The notes under the pieces are model-generated. The model did not search any database. It was not told the origin of the DNA and was given only the letters and a program-made list of their open reading frames with translations. A program made the translations under genes and the position numbers. Below, piece after piece: positions 53,291 to 63,818 of a stretch of DNA of 64,000 bases. The first letter of the stretch is position 1. Every line of letters starts with the position of its first letter. Origin of the DNA: Tubiluchus corallicola (lineage: Eukaryota > Animalia > Priapulida); NCBI GenBank assembly GCA_030141605.1, contig JAQGDQ010000978.1:10005-74004 (forward strand), in the 5' to 3' direction.

Positions 53291-53818
53291 ATGAAGAAAA
53301 TATTTTTAGTTATAATTTTATTTTTATTTTTTATTACAGGTTGTACAACTTTAGAGGAGGTAAAAAATGATGTAACAACTAAAGTTACAAGTGTAGAAAT
53401 TGATGAACTAGATAAAAATGAAAATGACATATATTACTATAAAGAAAAACTGTATACAGGAGAGGCAGTATCTTACTATGATAATGGAAATTATAAAATT
53501 AAATTGAATATAAAAGATGGAATAATTGATGGTCAGGTAACAGCGTTTTATGAGAACGGGCAAATAAAAACTCAACTTCAAATGGAAGGCACAAAAATAA
53601 AGGGAAAAGTTGTAAAATATTATGATAGCGGTGAACTTCTATCTATAGAGAACTATAAGGATGAAAAGTTAGATGGAGAAAAAATAGAATTTTATAAAAA
53701 TGGGAATGTAAAATTTAAAGGGACATTTAAAGACGGCATACTAGTAAGCGAAGGTATATTTTATGGAGAAAATGGAGAAATACTAGAAATTATAGAACCT
53801 GGAGATAGTATTAACTAG
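53291..53818 (+). CDS. Lipoprotein with MORN-variant (YwqK-like) repeats
   Basis: Lipobox ITGC; repeats of G...(Y/F)Y.NG..K (YYDNGNYK, FYENGQIK, YYDSGELL, FYKNGNVK, FYGENGEI). Confidence 0.9.
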   Translation: MKKIFLVIILFLFFITGCTTLEEVKNDVTTKVTSVEIDELDKNENDIYYYKEKLYTGEAVSYYDNGNYKIKLNIKDGIIDGQVTAFYENGQIKTQLQMEGTKIKGKVVKYYDSGELLSIENYKDEKLDGEKIEFYKNGNVKFKGTFKDGILVSEGIFYGENGEILEIIEPGDSIN

Positions 53819-53830
53819 AGAACTAATCAT

Positions 53831-53867
53831 AAAAAAGCTTCTTAAATATAATTTGAGAAGCTTTTTT
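53831..53867 (+). terminator. Intrinsic terminator
   Basis: AAAAAAGCTTCTTAAAT-ATA-ATTTGAGAAGCTTTTTT. Confidence 0.8.
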
Positions 53868-54043
53868 ATTAAATACCTAAAGCCATTTTTTTTAAAAGAA
53901 ATTTTTTCACTTATTATGTAAAAAAGTAAATATGTATAAATCTAAAATATAAAGCAATAGTAAACTTTATAGTTATAGCAAGATATTTAAACTTGATATT
54001 TTTTACAATAAATTTTTATTTGTATTTTATGAATAATATATAC

Positions 54044-54072
54044 TTGTCAAAAAAAACATTAATTGTTATAAT
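54044..54072 (+). promoter_or_regulatory. Sigma70-type promoter of htpG
   Basis: TTGTCA, 17-bp spacer, TATAAT with a TG extension. Confidence 0.7.
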
Positions 54073-54104
54073 AGCAAAAATTAAAATTACAGGAGGTTTT
54101 TATA

Positions 54105-56033
54105 TTGAAAAAAGAAACAATTAATTTTCAAACAGAAACTAAAGAATTACTAAATTTGATGATACACTCCATTTATACTCATAAAGAAATTTTTTTAAGA
54201 GAACTAATATCAAATGCAAGTGATGCTATTGATAAATTAAAATTTGAATCTTTGAGCAACACTTCATTACTGGAATCTGATAAGGAGTTTAAAATTGAAA
54301 TTTATACTGATAAAGAAAATAAAACCATATTAATAAAAGATAATGGAATAGGAATGAACTATGATGATCTTATATCAAATATAGGAACAATAGCAAAATC
54401 AGGCTCAAAGTTTTTTATGGAAAAACTAAAAGAAGCTAACAAATCTCAAAATGATCTTGAGATTATAGGGCAATTTGGAGTAGGGTTTTACTCAGCTTTT
54501 ATGATAGCAGAAGAAATAACTATTGAAACAAGGAAAGCTGGAGAGGATAAAGCCTATAAATGGGTTTCAACTGGAGAGGGAAACTACTCAATAGAATCTA
54601 GCAACAAAACTAGTCGTGGAGTAGAAATAACTTTAAAAGTTAGAGAAGATGAAAATAAAGAAAATATTGATTATCTTGAAGAGTACAAGATAAAAGAGCT
54701 TATAAAAAAATATTCAGATTATGTTAGGTATCCTATTATGTTAGAGATAGAGAGGGAAGAAGAAGTAGAAGGGGATAAGGAAAAGAAGATAAAAGTAAAA
54801 AAAATGGAACAACTTAACTCTATGGTACCTATTTGGAGAAAAAATAAAGATGAAGTAACAAATGAAGAGTACAATGAGTTTTATATGGGTAAATTTCATG
54901 ACTGGGTAGAACCTTTGGATAAGCTACATATAAAAGTAGAAGGTAATATAGAATATACAGCACTTTTATTCATCCCTAAAAAAGCACCAATGAACTTTTA
55001 TTCAAAGGACTTTGAAAAAGGGCTACAATTATATACTAAAAATGTATTTATTATGGAAAAATGTAAGGAACTTATTCCTGAGCATTTTAGATTTATAAAA
55101 GGTCTTGTTGATTCTCCTGATTTTTCATTAAATATATCAAGGGAAATATTACAGCATAATAGGCAGTTACAGATTATAGCAAAAAACTTAGAAAAGAAAA
55201 TACAAAAAGAGTTAGAAAAGTTATTGAAAAAAGATAGGAAAACGTATAAAGAGTTTTGGCAAGAATTTGGAAGCAATATTAAAGTTGGGATATACGAAGG
55301 TTTTGGGAGATATAAAGATACTTTGCAGGAACTACTAATATTTAATTCGTCTAATAGCGAAGAAGATATGACTACTTTAGAAGAGTATGTAAGTAGAATG
55401 AAGGAAGACCAGGATGCAATATATTATATAACAGGGGAAGATAAAACTTCAATTGCTAAGTTGCCACAGATGGAAAGCGTAAGAGAGAAAGGGTATGAAG
55501 TTTTATATTTTATGGATAAAGTAGACGAATTTGCTATAAAAAATTTGATAAATTACAAAGATAAGCCTTTTAAATCAATCTCAGAGGCGAACTTAGATAC
55601 TGATGAAAATGTTAAAAAAGTGATTGAGGAAAAAGAAAAAGCAAACAAAGATTTACTAGAAAAAATAAAAGATGTATTAAAAAATGATGTAACAGATGTG
55701 AAGCTATCAAGTAGGCTTAAGAATAGTCCTGTTTGCTTAGTTAGTGGAGAAAGTGGAGTTTCATTTGATATGGAAAAAACTCTTGCAGCAATGCCTGGAA
55801 ATGAAAATAACCCAATGGGATCTATAAAGGCAGAAAAAATATTAGAGTTGAATCCAGATCATGAATTATTTAAAATACTTGAAAAGGTATATGAAAGCAA
55901 CCCTAGTGAATTAAATGATATAGCCAATTTATTATATTCACAAGCTCTTTTAATAGAAGGATTTCCAATAAAAGATCCTGTTGAATTTTCAAATAAAATG
56001 GCAAAGTTAATGATAAAAGCGAATGATAAATAA
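54105..56033 (+). CDS. htpG: Molecular chaperone HtpG (Hsp90)
   Basis: Signatures IFLRELISNASDA, DNGIGM, IGQFGVGFYSAF and LNISREILQ. TTG start after AGGAGG. Confidence 0.98.
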   Translation: MKKETINFQTETKELLNLMIHSIYTHKEIFLRELISNASDAIDKLKFESLSNTSLLESDKEFKIEIYTDKENKTILIKDNGIGMNYDDLISNIGTIAKSGSKFFMEKLKEANKSQNDLEIIGQFGVGFYSAFMIAEEITIETRKAGEDKAYKWVSTGEGNYSIESSNKTSRGVEITLKVREDENKENIDYLEEYKIKELIKKYSDYVRYPIMLEIEREEEVEGDKEKKIKVKKMEQLNSMVPIWRKNKDEVTNEEYNEFYMGKFHDWVEPLDKLHIKVEGNIEYTALLFIPKKAPMNFYSKDFEKGLQLYTKNVFIMEKCKELIPEHFRFIKGLVDSPDFSLNISREILQHNRQLQIIAKNLEKKIQKELEKLLKKDRKTYKEFWQEFGSNIKVGIYEGFGRYKDTLQELLIFNSSNSEEDMTTLEEYVSRMKEDQDAIYYITGEDKTSIAKLPQMESVREKGYEVLYFMDKVDEFAIKNLINYKDKPFKSISEANLDTDENVKKVIEEKEKANKDLLEKIKDVLKNDVTDVKLSSRLKNSPVCLVSGESGVSFDMEKTLAAMPGNENNPMGSIKAEKILELNPDHELFKILEKVYESNPSELNDIANLLYSQALLIEGFPIKDPVEFSNKMAKLMIKANDK

Positions 56034-56034
56034 T

Positions 56035-56058
56035 AAAAGAGCCAATAAGGCTCTTTTT
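56035..56058 (+). terminator. Intrinsic terminator
   Basis: AAAAGAGCC-AATAA-GGCTCTTTTT. Confidence 0.85.
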
Positions 56059-56511
56059 ATTTTCTTCAAAGTAAGTTTTTAATATTTATAAGTAATTTAT
56101 ATAACTTTATCTGTAAAATTAAATAAAGTAAAGCAAGGGCTTTATTAAGGCTATACAATCTTCAAGTTTAATATTTTCTAAACATTTTTCTTTATACAAT
56201 TTTCTTATTTTTGAATTGGTATTTATTAAAATTAAACTTATCATTAGTAAAATATTTTGTTGTAATTTTACTTAACTTTATTTAATGCTCTTATAAAAGT
56301 AATGCTAGCAGTATAATTAAATGGAGCTATAAAAATCTTTTATAGCTATCAATATGTAAAAAAACAGTATTGGTATAACTTGTAAAATAGAATAATTATA
56401 TTTGTAATTATTTAGTGTACCTTTATATGAAAAGTAAGATATTGTAGTATTTTTTTTATTATGATATAATCAAATGCCACAGAACAAAATACGCATATAA
56501 TTAGGAGAAAG

Positions 56512-57393
56512 ATGAATAAAAATGGATATTTAATTACAGTATTAGCATTTACTATTTGGGGTTTTTTCCCTTTGTTTTGGCATAACTTAAAAGGTGTGGA
56601 CTCATTTTTTATTTTATCAAATAGAATTATATGGTCATTTGTATTTTCTTTTTTAATAGTCATATTTACTAGTAAATTTAATCTCTTTTTAAGTGTACTA
56701 AAAAATAAAAAAATTGTAACTTACAGCTTGATTTGTGGTATTTCAATTTCAAGCAATTGGTTATTATATATTGTAGCAGTAACAACTGATAACATAATAG
56801 ATGCGAGTCTTGCTTATTATATGAACCCATTAATGATCATAATTGCAGGAAGAATAGTTTTTAAAGATTCCCTAAGCAAATGGCAAAAGATATCTTTAGT
56901 TTTTGTAGCTATAGGTGTATTATACTTAACATTTATATTTGGTAAATTTCCTTGGTTATCTATTTTAATGGCAGTTACATTTGCTACATATAGTGTCTTT
57001 AAGAAGAAAATTGCTATAGACAGTTCTCTAAGTTTATTATTAGAAATGGTTTGCATATTACCTATTGCAATCTTAAGTTTTATTTACTTTGAATTAACAA
57101 ATGAAATAGCATTTTTTAATGCTGATATAAATATAAAATACCTACTTGTATTTACAGGTTTAATTACTATAGCGCCATTGCTTTTATACGGATCTGCTAC
57201 AAAGCTTATTACTTTATCATCTATTGCATTTGTACAGTTTTTGACTCCAACGATAGTTTTTATATTGAGTGTTTTTTATTTTAAAGAACCATTTTCAAAA
57301 AATCAACTGATTAGCTTTTTATTTATTTGGACAGGGATTATCGTATATGTGTACTCTATTTATGAAGACAATATAAAAACTATAAAGCGCTAA
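56512..57393 (+). CDS. rarD: EamA/DMT-family transporter RarD
   Basis: AFTIWGFFPLFW, RIIWS and ASLAYYMNPL motifs; about 10 TM segments. Confidence 0.9.
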   Translation: MNKNGYLITVLAFTIWGFFPLFWHNLKGVDSFFILSNRIIWSFVFSFLIVIFTSKFNLFLSVLKNKKIVTYSLICGISISSNWLLYIVAVTTDNIIDASLAYYMNPLMIIIAGRIVFKDSLSKWQKISLVFVAIGVLYLTFIFGKFPWLSILMAVTFATYSVFKKKIAIDSSLSLLLEMVCILPIAILSFIYFELTNEIAFFNADINIKYLLVFTGLITIAPLLLYGSATKLITLSSIAFVQFLTPTIVFILSVFYFKEPFSKNQLISFLFIWTGIIVYVYSIYEDNIKTIKR

Positions 57394-57476
57394 AAAACGA
57401 ACTTAAAGCTCTTGCAATAAAACTATATTTAATTTCTTTTTTTGTAAAAACTATTTAACTTTACCTTTTAAATCAC

Positions 57477-57517
57477 TTTAACAATAACACTTAATAGTAC
57501 TAAGTGTTATTGTTAAA
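57477..57517. terminator. Perfect 17-bp-stem hairpin between rarD and the fru operon
   Basis: TTTAACAATAACACTTA-ATAGTAC-TAAGTGTTATTGTTAAA. Confidence 0.6.
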
Positions 57518-57631
57518 CTAATCTTATTATTGCCTTGTTTAAATATCTTTCCTGTTTTTTTATTTAATCATCTTCTTTGAATGCTTTTGTTATCTAGATA
57601 CCTTACCTTTCTATCTAATAAATAAAAATAT

Positions 57632-57671
57632 TGATTAATTTTGACTGTTTTTGAAATAAAATGATTGATTT
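57632..57671 (+). promoter_or_regulatory. FruR (DeoR-family) operator: four 10-bp direct repeats overlapping the -35
   Basis: TGATTAATTT TGACTGTTTT TGAAATAAAA TGATTGATTT matches the (TGAWWGWTTT)4 pattern known from fruRKA operons of low-GC Gram-positives. Promoter TTGATT-17-TACTAT. Confidence 0.75.
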
Positions 57672-57710
57672 ACAAGATGAAATCTTGTACTATAAAAATA
57701 AGGGGGAATT

Positions 57711-58481
57711 ATGATTAAAGAAGAAAGAAGGCAAATAATAATTGAGCTACTAAAAAAAAAGTCAATAATATCTGTAAAAGAAGTAATAGATGAAACTAAA
57801 AGCTCAGAATCATCAATAAGAAGAGATTTGTCTTATTTAGAAAGCAAGAGAATATTAAAAAGGATACATGGAGGAGCTATATTAAATACAGTCTCCTTTG
57901 AAGAGGACATATCAATAAAAAATGAAAAAAATACTAAAGAAAAAGAAGCTATTGCAAAATATGCAGCCTCCTTAGTGCAAGAAAATGAATCAATTTTTAT
58001 AGATGCAGGAAGTACAACATTAAAAATGATTAAATATTTAAAAGGAAAAAATAACATAGTAGTAACTAATGGTGTAAACCATATTTCAAAATTAATAAAA
58101 TATAATATAAAAACCTATATTGCTGGAGGTTATGTAAAAAATAAAACAAAAGCTATAATAGGAAAAGAGACAACAGGTTTTATTAAAAATTATAATTTTG
58201 ATAAAAGCTTTATTGGGGCAAACTCAATAGACTTTGTTAAGGGGTTAACAACTCCTGATCCTAAAGAAGCAGCTATAAAAAAAGAAGTTATAGGAAGGAG
58301 CATAAGATCTTATGTTTTAGCAGATTCAAGCAAATTTAATAAAATTTCATTTTCTAAATTTGGAGACTTGAGTCAAGTTATGATAATAACTGATAAAATT
58401 CAAGATAAAAAATATTTAAAAAAAAGTAAAATAAAGGAGGTAAAAAATGATTTATACTTTAACCTTAAACCCTTCTATTGA
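57711..58481 (+). CDS. fruR: DeoR/GlpR-family fructose operon repressor
   Basis: HTH SESSIRRDLSYLE, RIHGGA and IFIDAGSTT motifs; upstream of fruK/fruA. Confidence 0.92.
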   Translation: MIKEERRQIIIELLKKKSIISVKEVIDETKSSESSIRRDLSYLESKRILKRIHGGAILNTVSFEEDISIKNEKNTKEKEAIAKYAASLVQENESIFIDAGSTTLKMIKYLKGKNNIVVTNGVNHISKLIKYNIKTYIAGGYVKNKTKAIIGKETTGFIKNYNFDKSFIGANSIDFVKGLTTPDPKEAAIKKEVIGRSIRSYVLADSSKFNKISFSKFGDLSQVMIITDKIQDKKYLKKSKIKEVKNDLYFNLKPFY

Positions 58482-59358
58482 TTATAATATTAATACAAAG
58501 GATTTTAAAATTGGAAAATTAAATATTACTGAATCTGAACATAAACTTCCTGGAGGTAAAGGAATAAATGTTAGTCAAGTTTTAAAAAATTTAGAAAGTA
58601 GTTCTATAGCCTTAGGTTATATAGGAGGATTTACAGGTAGATATATAGAAGATGAATTAAATATTAGAGGAATAAAAAATGATTTTATATTAGTTAGTGG
58701 AGACACAAGAATAAATATCAAAATGAAAGAAGGTAGTGTAGAAACAGAGATAAATGGAAACTCACCAATAATCACCCCTGAAAATAAAAGAAAGTTATTT
58801 GAAAAATTATTAGTCTTAGAACAAAATGATATACTAGTGCTATCAGGTAGCATACCAAAATCACTAAACAGTGATATATATAGTGAGATAATGAAAATAA
58901 TAAATAAAGGAGTCAAAGTAATAGTAGACACTAAAGGAAAGCATTTAATACATAGTGTAAAAGAAAAACCATTTTTAATAAAACCAAATATTGATGAATT
59001 AGAAGAATTTTTTAATACTAAATTAGATAGTATGGGAAAAATTGTAAATTATGCTAAAGAGCTGAAAGAAATGGGGCCTGAGAACATTATTGTATCAATG
59101 GCCTCAAAAGGAGCGATATTAGTAAGTGAAAAAGGCGTATATTTTATTGAAGCTCCAAAAGGTATAGTACAAAGCTCTGTTGGCGCTGGAGATTCTTTAG
59201 TAGCTGGATTTGTATCAGAAATAAGCAAAAACAACACGGTAGTTGAAGCATTTAAAGTAGGAGTATCAGCAGGCAGTAGTTCAGTATTTTCTAAAAACTT
59301 ATGCACAAAAAAAGAAGTTGAAAGTTTATTAAAAAATATAAAAATTATCAAATTATAA
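58447..59358 (+). CDS. fruK: 1-phosphofructokinase (PfkB family)
   Basis: MIYTLTLNPSID, PGGKGINVS, IKPN and SSVGAGDS motifs. Confidence 0.96.
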   Translation: MIYTLTLNPSIDYNINTKDFKIGKLNITESEHKLPGGKGINVSQVLKNLESSSIALGYIGGFTGRYIEDELNIRGIKNDFILVSGDTRINIKMKEGSVETEINGNSPIITPENKRKLFEKLLVLEQNDILVLSGSIPKSLNSDIYSEIMKIINKGVKVIVDTKGKHLIHSVKEKPFLIKPNIDELEEFFNTKLDSMGKIVNYAKELKEMGPENIIVSMASKGAILVSEKGVYFIEAPKGIVQSSVGAGDSLVAGFVSEISKNNTVVEAFKVGVSAGSSSVFSKNLCTKKEVESLLKNIKIIKL

Positions 59359-59368
59359 GGAGGAGATA

Positions 59369-61231
59369 ATGAAAATACTAGATTTAATAAAAAAAGAAGG
59401 TATTAAACTTAACTTAGTTTCAAAGACGAAAGAAGAAGTTATAAACGAATTAATAGAAATACATGGGAAATGTGGAAATTTACTAAATAAGGAAGAGTAC
59501 AGAGTAGATATTTTTAGTAGAGAAAATGAAAGCTCTACAGGACTAGAAGAAGGAATTGCGATACCTCATGCCAAATCAGGTGGTGTGGAAAAAGCAGCAA
59601 TAGTTATAGGAATATCAAAAGATGGAATAGATTACGGAGCTTTAGATGAAAAAAAATCCAGTTTATTTTTTATGATCGCTGCTCCTAAAAAGGCTAATGA
59701 TGAGCATATAGAAACTCTTTCAAAACTAACTACTTATCTTTTAGACGATGAATTTAGGAAGAAATTGAAAAATGGAAAAAGCGAAGAAGAAATTATACAG
59801 ATAATAAAAGAAAAAGAAGAAGAAATTGTTGAAGAAGTAATTAAAGAAAGAGATAAAGAATATGATTTAGTTGCTGTAACGGCATGCCCTTCAGGAATAG
59901 CTCACACATACATGGCTGCGGACTCTATTAGAAATAAAGCAAAAGAAATGGGAGTAAAAATAAAAGTTGAAACTAATGGATCAGTGGGGGTAAAAAATGC
60001 CTTAACGAATGAAGATATTAAAAATGCTAAAGGAGTTATTGTTGCTGCAGATAAAACTGTAGAAATGAATAGATTCGATGGAAAAATTTTAGTTCAAGTA
60101 AAAGCTTCAGAAGGAATAAAAAATCCTAAAAAACTTATAGAAAAAGCATTAGATGATAATACTGCAAAATATGTAAGTAATAAAGAAGAAAGAAGTAACC
60201 GTCCTCAGCGAACAGGGTTTTACAAACATCTTATGAGTGGAGTGTCAAATATGCTTCCCTTTGTTGTTGGTGGAGGAATATTAATAGCAATTTCTTTTAT
60301 GTTTGGAATAAAAGCTTTTGACCCAAATGATCCTTCATTTCATCCAGTAGCAAAGTTTTTAATGGATATGGGAGGGGGAAGTGGAGCATTTGGTTTGATG
60401 ATACCAATACTAGCAGGTTTTATAGGAATGAGTATAGCAGATAGGCCTGGTTTTATGCCTGCAATGGTAGGAGGTTTTGTAGCGAATAGCTCAGGAGGGG
60501 GGTTTCTTGGTGGTATATTAGCAGGTTTTATAGGAGGTTATGTAGTATTATTTCTAAAAAAAGCAACAGCAAACTTCCCAAAATCTTTAGAAGGCATAAA
60601 GCCTATTCTTGTATTTCCAGTTTTAGGGCTTTTAATAACAGGGGCGATTTTAACAATATTATTAGGTCCAATTACAGCAATTAATAATGGGATGACTTCA
60701 TTTTTGAATAACTTAAGTACTGGAAATCTAGTCTTATTAGGTATAGTACTTGGAGGTATGATGGCAGTTGATATGGGAGGGCCTATAAATAAAGCGGCAT
60801 TTACATTTGGAATAGCTGCAATAGGATCAGGAAACATCGCTCCACATGCAGCAGTAATGGCAGGTGGAATGGTGCCTCCAATAGCAACTGCTTTAGCTAC
60901 TACTTTCTTTAAAAATAAATTTACAAAAGAAGAAAAAGATTCAGGAAAAACTAATTATATTTTAGGAGCCTCCTTTATAACAGAGGGAGCAATTCCTTTT
61001 GCAGCAGCAGATCCAGTAAGGGTTTTGCCAGCTTGTATTATAGGCTCTGCAATTGCAGGAGGTTTGGCAATGCTGTTTGGGACAGAGCTTCCAGCTCCGC
61101 ATGGAGGGATATTTGTATTACCAATTATAAAAAACCCTATGATGTTTATTTTATCAATACTAATAGGATCTATAATTGGGGCTTTCATAATAGGACTATT
61201 GAAAAAACCTATAGAAAATATCGAAAATTGA
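59369..61231 (+). CDS. fruA: PTS fructose-specific EIIABC
   Basis: IIA GIAIPHA, IIB TACPSGIAHTYMAA, IIC HLMSGVSNMLPFVVGGG and DMGGPINKAA. Confidence 0.97.
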   Translation: MKILDLIKKEGIKLNLVSKTKEEVINELIEIHGKCGNLLNKEEYRVDIFSRENESSTGLEEGIAIPHAKSGGVEKAAIVIGISKDGIDYGALDEKKSSLFFMIAAPKKANDEHIETLSKLTTYLLDDEFRKKLKNGKSEEEIIQIIKEKEEEIVEEVIKERDKEYDLVAVTACPSGIAHTYMAADSIRNKAKEMGVKIKVETNGSVGVKNALTNEDIKNAKGVIVAADKTVEMNRFDGKILVQVKASEGIKNPKKLIEKALDDNTAKYVSNKEERSNRPQRTGFYKHLMSGVSNMLPFVVGGGILIAISFMFGIKAFDPNDPSFHPVAKFLMDMGGGSGAFGLMIPILAGFIGMSIADRPGFMPAMVGGFVANSSGGGFLGGILAGFIGGYVVLFLKKATANFPKSLEGIKPILVFPVLGLLITGAILTILLGPITAINNGMTSFLNNLSTGNLVLLGIVLGGMMAVDMGGPINKAAFTFGIAAIGSGNIAPHAAVMAGGMVPPIATALATTFFKNKFTKEEKDSGKTNYILGASFITEGAIPFAAADPVRVLPACIIGSAIAGGLAMLFGTELPAPHGGIFVLPIIKNPMMFILSILIGSIIGAFIIGLLKKPIENIEN

Positions 61232-61302
61232 CAATGATTGAATAAATTATTATTAACATAAGAGCATAAAAAAATAAAATATAAAGAAATTAGGAGGCTA
61301 TA

Positions 61303-61566
61303 ATGATAAAAAAAGAAGTAGTAATAAAAAATGAAACAGGTCTACATACTAGACCTGGAAATGAACTTGTGACTCTAATAAAAACATTTGAAAGTAATGT
61401 AACACTTACTAATGAATCTGGTAAAGAAGTTAAAGGAACATCTCTTTTAAAAATTCTTTCTTTAGGTATAAAGTGTGGATCAAAAATAATTATATCTGCT
61501 GATGGAAGTGATGAAATAGAGGCAGTAGAAAAGGTATATGACTTACTAGATAACTTAAAAGGTTAA
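61303..61566 (+). CDS. ptsH: Phosphocarrier protein HPr
   Basis: 87 aa; His15 in GLHTRP; TSLLKILSLGI around the regulatory Ser. Confidence 0.96.
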   Translation: MIKKEVVIKNETGLHTRPGNELVTLIKTFESNVTLTNESGKEVKGTSLLKILSLGIKCGSKIIISADGSDEIEAVEKVYDLLDNLKG

Positions 61567-61604
61567 TTTAAGAACATTATATTTATAGGAGGTAAAAAGT
61601 TATT

Positions 61605-63313
61605 GTGAATGAAAAAATAATTGGAATATCTGCTTCTCCTGGAATAGTTATAGGTAATGCATTTGTATATAGAGAACCTGAAATAGAACTTATAAAAGAT
61701 AATATAAAAGAAAATGAAATAGAAATAGAATTAGAAAAATTGAAAAAGGTCAAGAAAAAGCAAAAGAGCAACTTTTAGAAATAAAAAATCAAACTATAAA
61801 AAACTTTGGAGAAGATAAAGGTAAAATATTTGAAGGGCATATAACAATATTAGAAGACAAAGATTTTTTTGAAGAAACTGAAAATTTAATAAAAGAAGAA
61901 AAAGTGCATGCATCATTTGCATTAATGAAAAATATGAAAGTTTATAGCGATACTCTTGAAAACCTTGATGACCATTATTTAAAAGAAAGAGTATCAGATA
62001 TAAAAGATATAATAAGAAGATGGATGTATAATGTAGAAAAAATAGAAATAGTAGATTTAAGTCTTTTAAAAAAAGGAACTATTATAGTTGCAAAAGATTT
62101 ACTACCATCTGAAACTGCCCAGATAAATCTAGATAACGTATTGGGAATAGTAATAGAAGGAGGAGGAAAAACAAGTCACACAGCTATTATGGCTCGTTCT
62201 CTTGAACTACCTGCAATAGTTGGAGCAAAGAGTCTTATTAGTAAAATAGAAAATGATGATAAAATAATACTAGACTCCTTAAAAGGAGAGGTTATAATAA
62301 GACCAGATTCTGATACTGAAAAGAGCTATAAGAAAAAAGAAAAAGATTATTTAAAAGAAAAAATTGAATTAAATAAACTAAAAAGTCTAGAAACTATAAC
62401 TAAAGATGGTCATAAAATTAATTTGTGGGCAAATATAGGCAATATTAAAGATATGCCAAGTGTTTTAAAAAATGGTGCAGAAGGAATAGGGCTATATAGA
62501 ACAGAGCTTTTATTCATGGATAGAAATAAGCTCCCTACAGAGGAAGAGCAATTTTTGACTTACAAAGAAGTAGTAGAAAAAATGGAAGGTATGCCGGTTA
62601 CTATTAGGACTATGGATATAGGAGGAGATAAAGATTTGCCTTATCTCAACTTACCAAAGGAATTGAATCCATTTTTAGGATGGCGTGCTATAAGAATATG
62701 TCTTGATAGAGTAGATATGTTTAAAGAACAATTAAGAGCTATATTGAGAGCCAGTTGTTTTGGCCAAGTAAAAATAATGTATCCTATGATAATATCCATA
62801 GATGAAATAAAAGAAGCAAATAAAATATTAGAACGATGCAAAAGTGAGCTAGATAGTAAAAGCATAGTTTATGATAAAAATATTAAAGTAGGAATAATGG
62901 TGGAAACACCTTCAGTGGCTTTTAGAGCAAAAACCTTTGCAAAATATGTGGATTTTTTCTCTATAGGGACTAATGATTTAACTCAATATGTACTAGCAGT
63001 TGATAGAGGAAATGAAAAAATATCTAATTTATATAATACCTTTAACCCATCTGTTTTAAAAGCAATAGAAATAGTTATAAGAGAAGGAAATAATGCTGGA
63101 ATTGATGTAAGCATGTGTGGTGAATTTGCTAGCAATGAGAAAGGAATAGAAATACTACTAGGGATGGGATTAAAAAGTTTTTCTATGAGTGCAATTTCAA
63201 TTTTAAAAGCAAGGGAATTAATTTTAAACACTTCTAGAAAGAAATGTAAAGAAATAGTAGATAAAATTTTTGAGCTTGATACAGCAGAAGAAGTCGTAGA
63301 GTTTTTAAGATAG
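61605..63313 (+). CDS. ptsI: PTS enzyme I with one apparent frameshift near 61743-61747
   Basis: GTG 61605 after AGGAGG gives NEKIIGISASPGIVIG. One extra A in the A5 run restores a continuous 569-aa ORF with GGKTSHTAIMARS, GIGLYRTE, SIGTNDLTQY and MCGE. Confidence 0.93.
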
Positions 63314-63429
63314 TTTTATAATTTTAAATATTAAATAAAAGTATGGAAATAAAAATAAAAAATAGATACAAAATAATACTAAGATGTTTTTTAAACTCAC
63401 TAATTATAAGTTGCTCATTAAATAATACT

Positions 63430-63815
63430 TAAGAAAAGACAAACACAGTAACAGCAACAAGTGAAAATATATTTGCAGTAGGTGATTCTGATAAAAAACT
63501 TAGAAACTTCAGTAGTAAAAAATAAATATATAGGTGTTTCTTATGGTTCTATAAGTGGTACTCAAACTTTAAATATATTTTAGCCAAATGAAGGAGTAGG
63601 CCCTTTTCCTGTTATAGTAGCTATTCATGGTGGAGCCTTTTAAATTTAGCAGTGCAAATGGTGAAGATATTGCTTCAATGCTGGGAATAACAAGGGACAT
63701 AGATACCTTAGATGGAAATAATAAAAAAAACCTTAATTATTCTTCATCAGTACATGAGGTTATCAATTGGTTTGGGCCACTTGATTTTGTGAAAATGAAT
63801 GAACAATTAGAGTAA
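63430..63815 (+). pseudogene. Decayed alpha/beta-hydrolase (HSL-like esterase)
   Basis: VSYG...QTLNIF*PNEGVGPFPVIVAIHGGAF with an in-frame TAG at 63581 and a frameshift at ~63641, then SSVHEVINWFGPLDF. The middle of the gene, including GxSxG, is missing. Confidence 0.8.
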
Positions 63816-63818
63816 AGG

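Noticed and set aside
54000-54104. CIRCE heat-shock operator upstream of htpG
   Set aside because: No TTAGCACTC-N9-GAGTGCTAA match seen.
56060-56500. Possible decayed gene or ncRNA in the long htpG-rarD spacer
   Set aside because: Extremely AT-rich, with no readable motif or stable structure.
48268-63231. Short minus-strand ORFs overlapping the bacterial genes
   Set aside because: They are antisense shadows of real + strand genes, with no RBS or recognisable motifs.
61904-63313. A stand-alone 469-aa truncated enzyme I
   Set aside because: The missing N-terminus is present upstream from 61605 in another frame.
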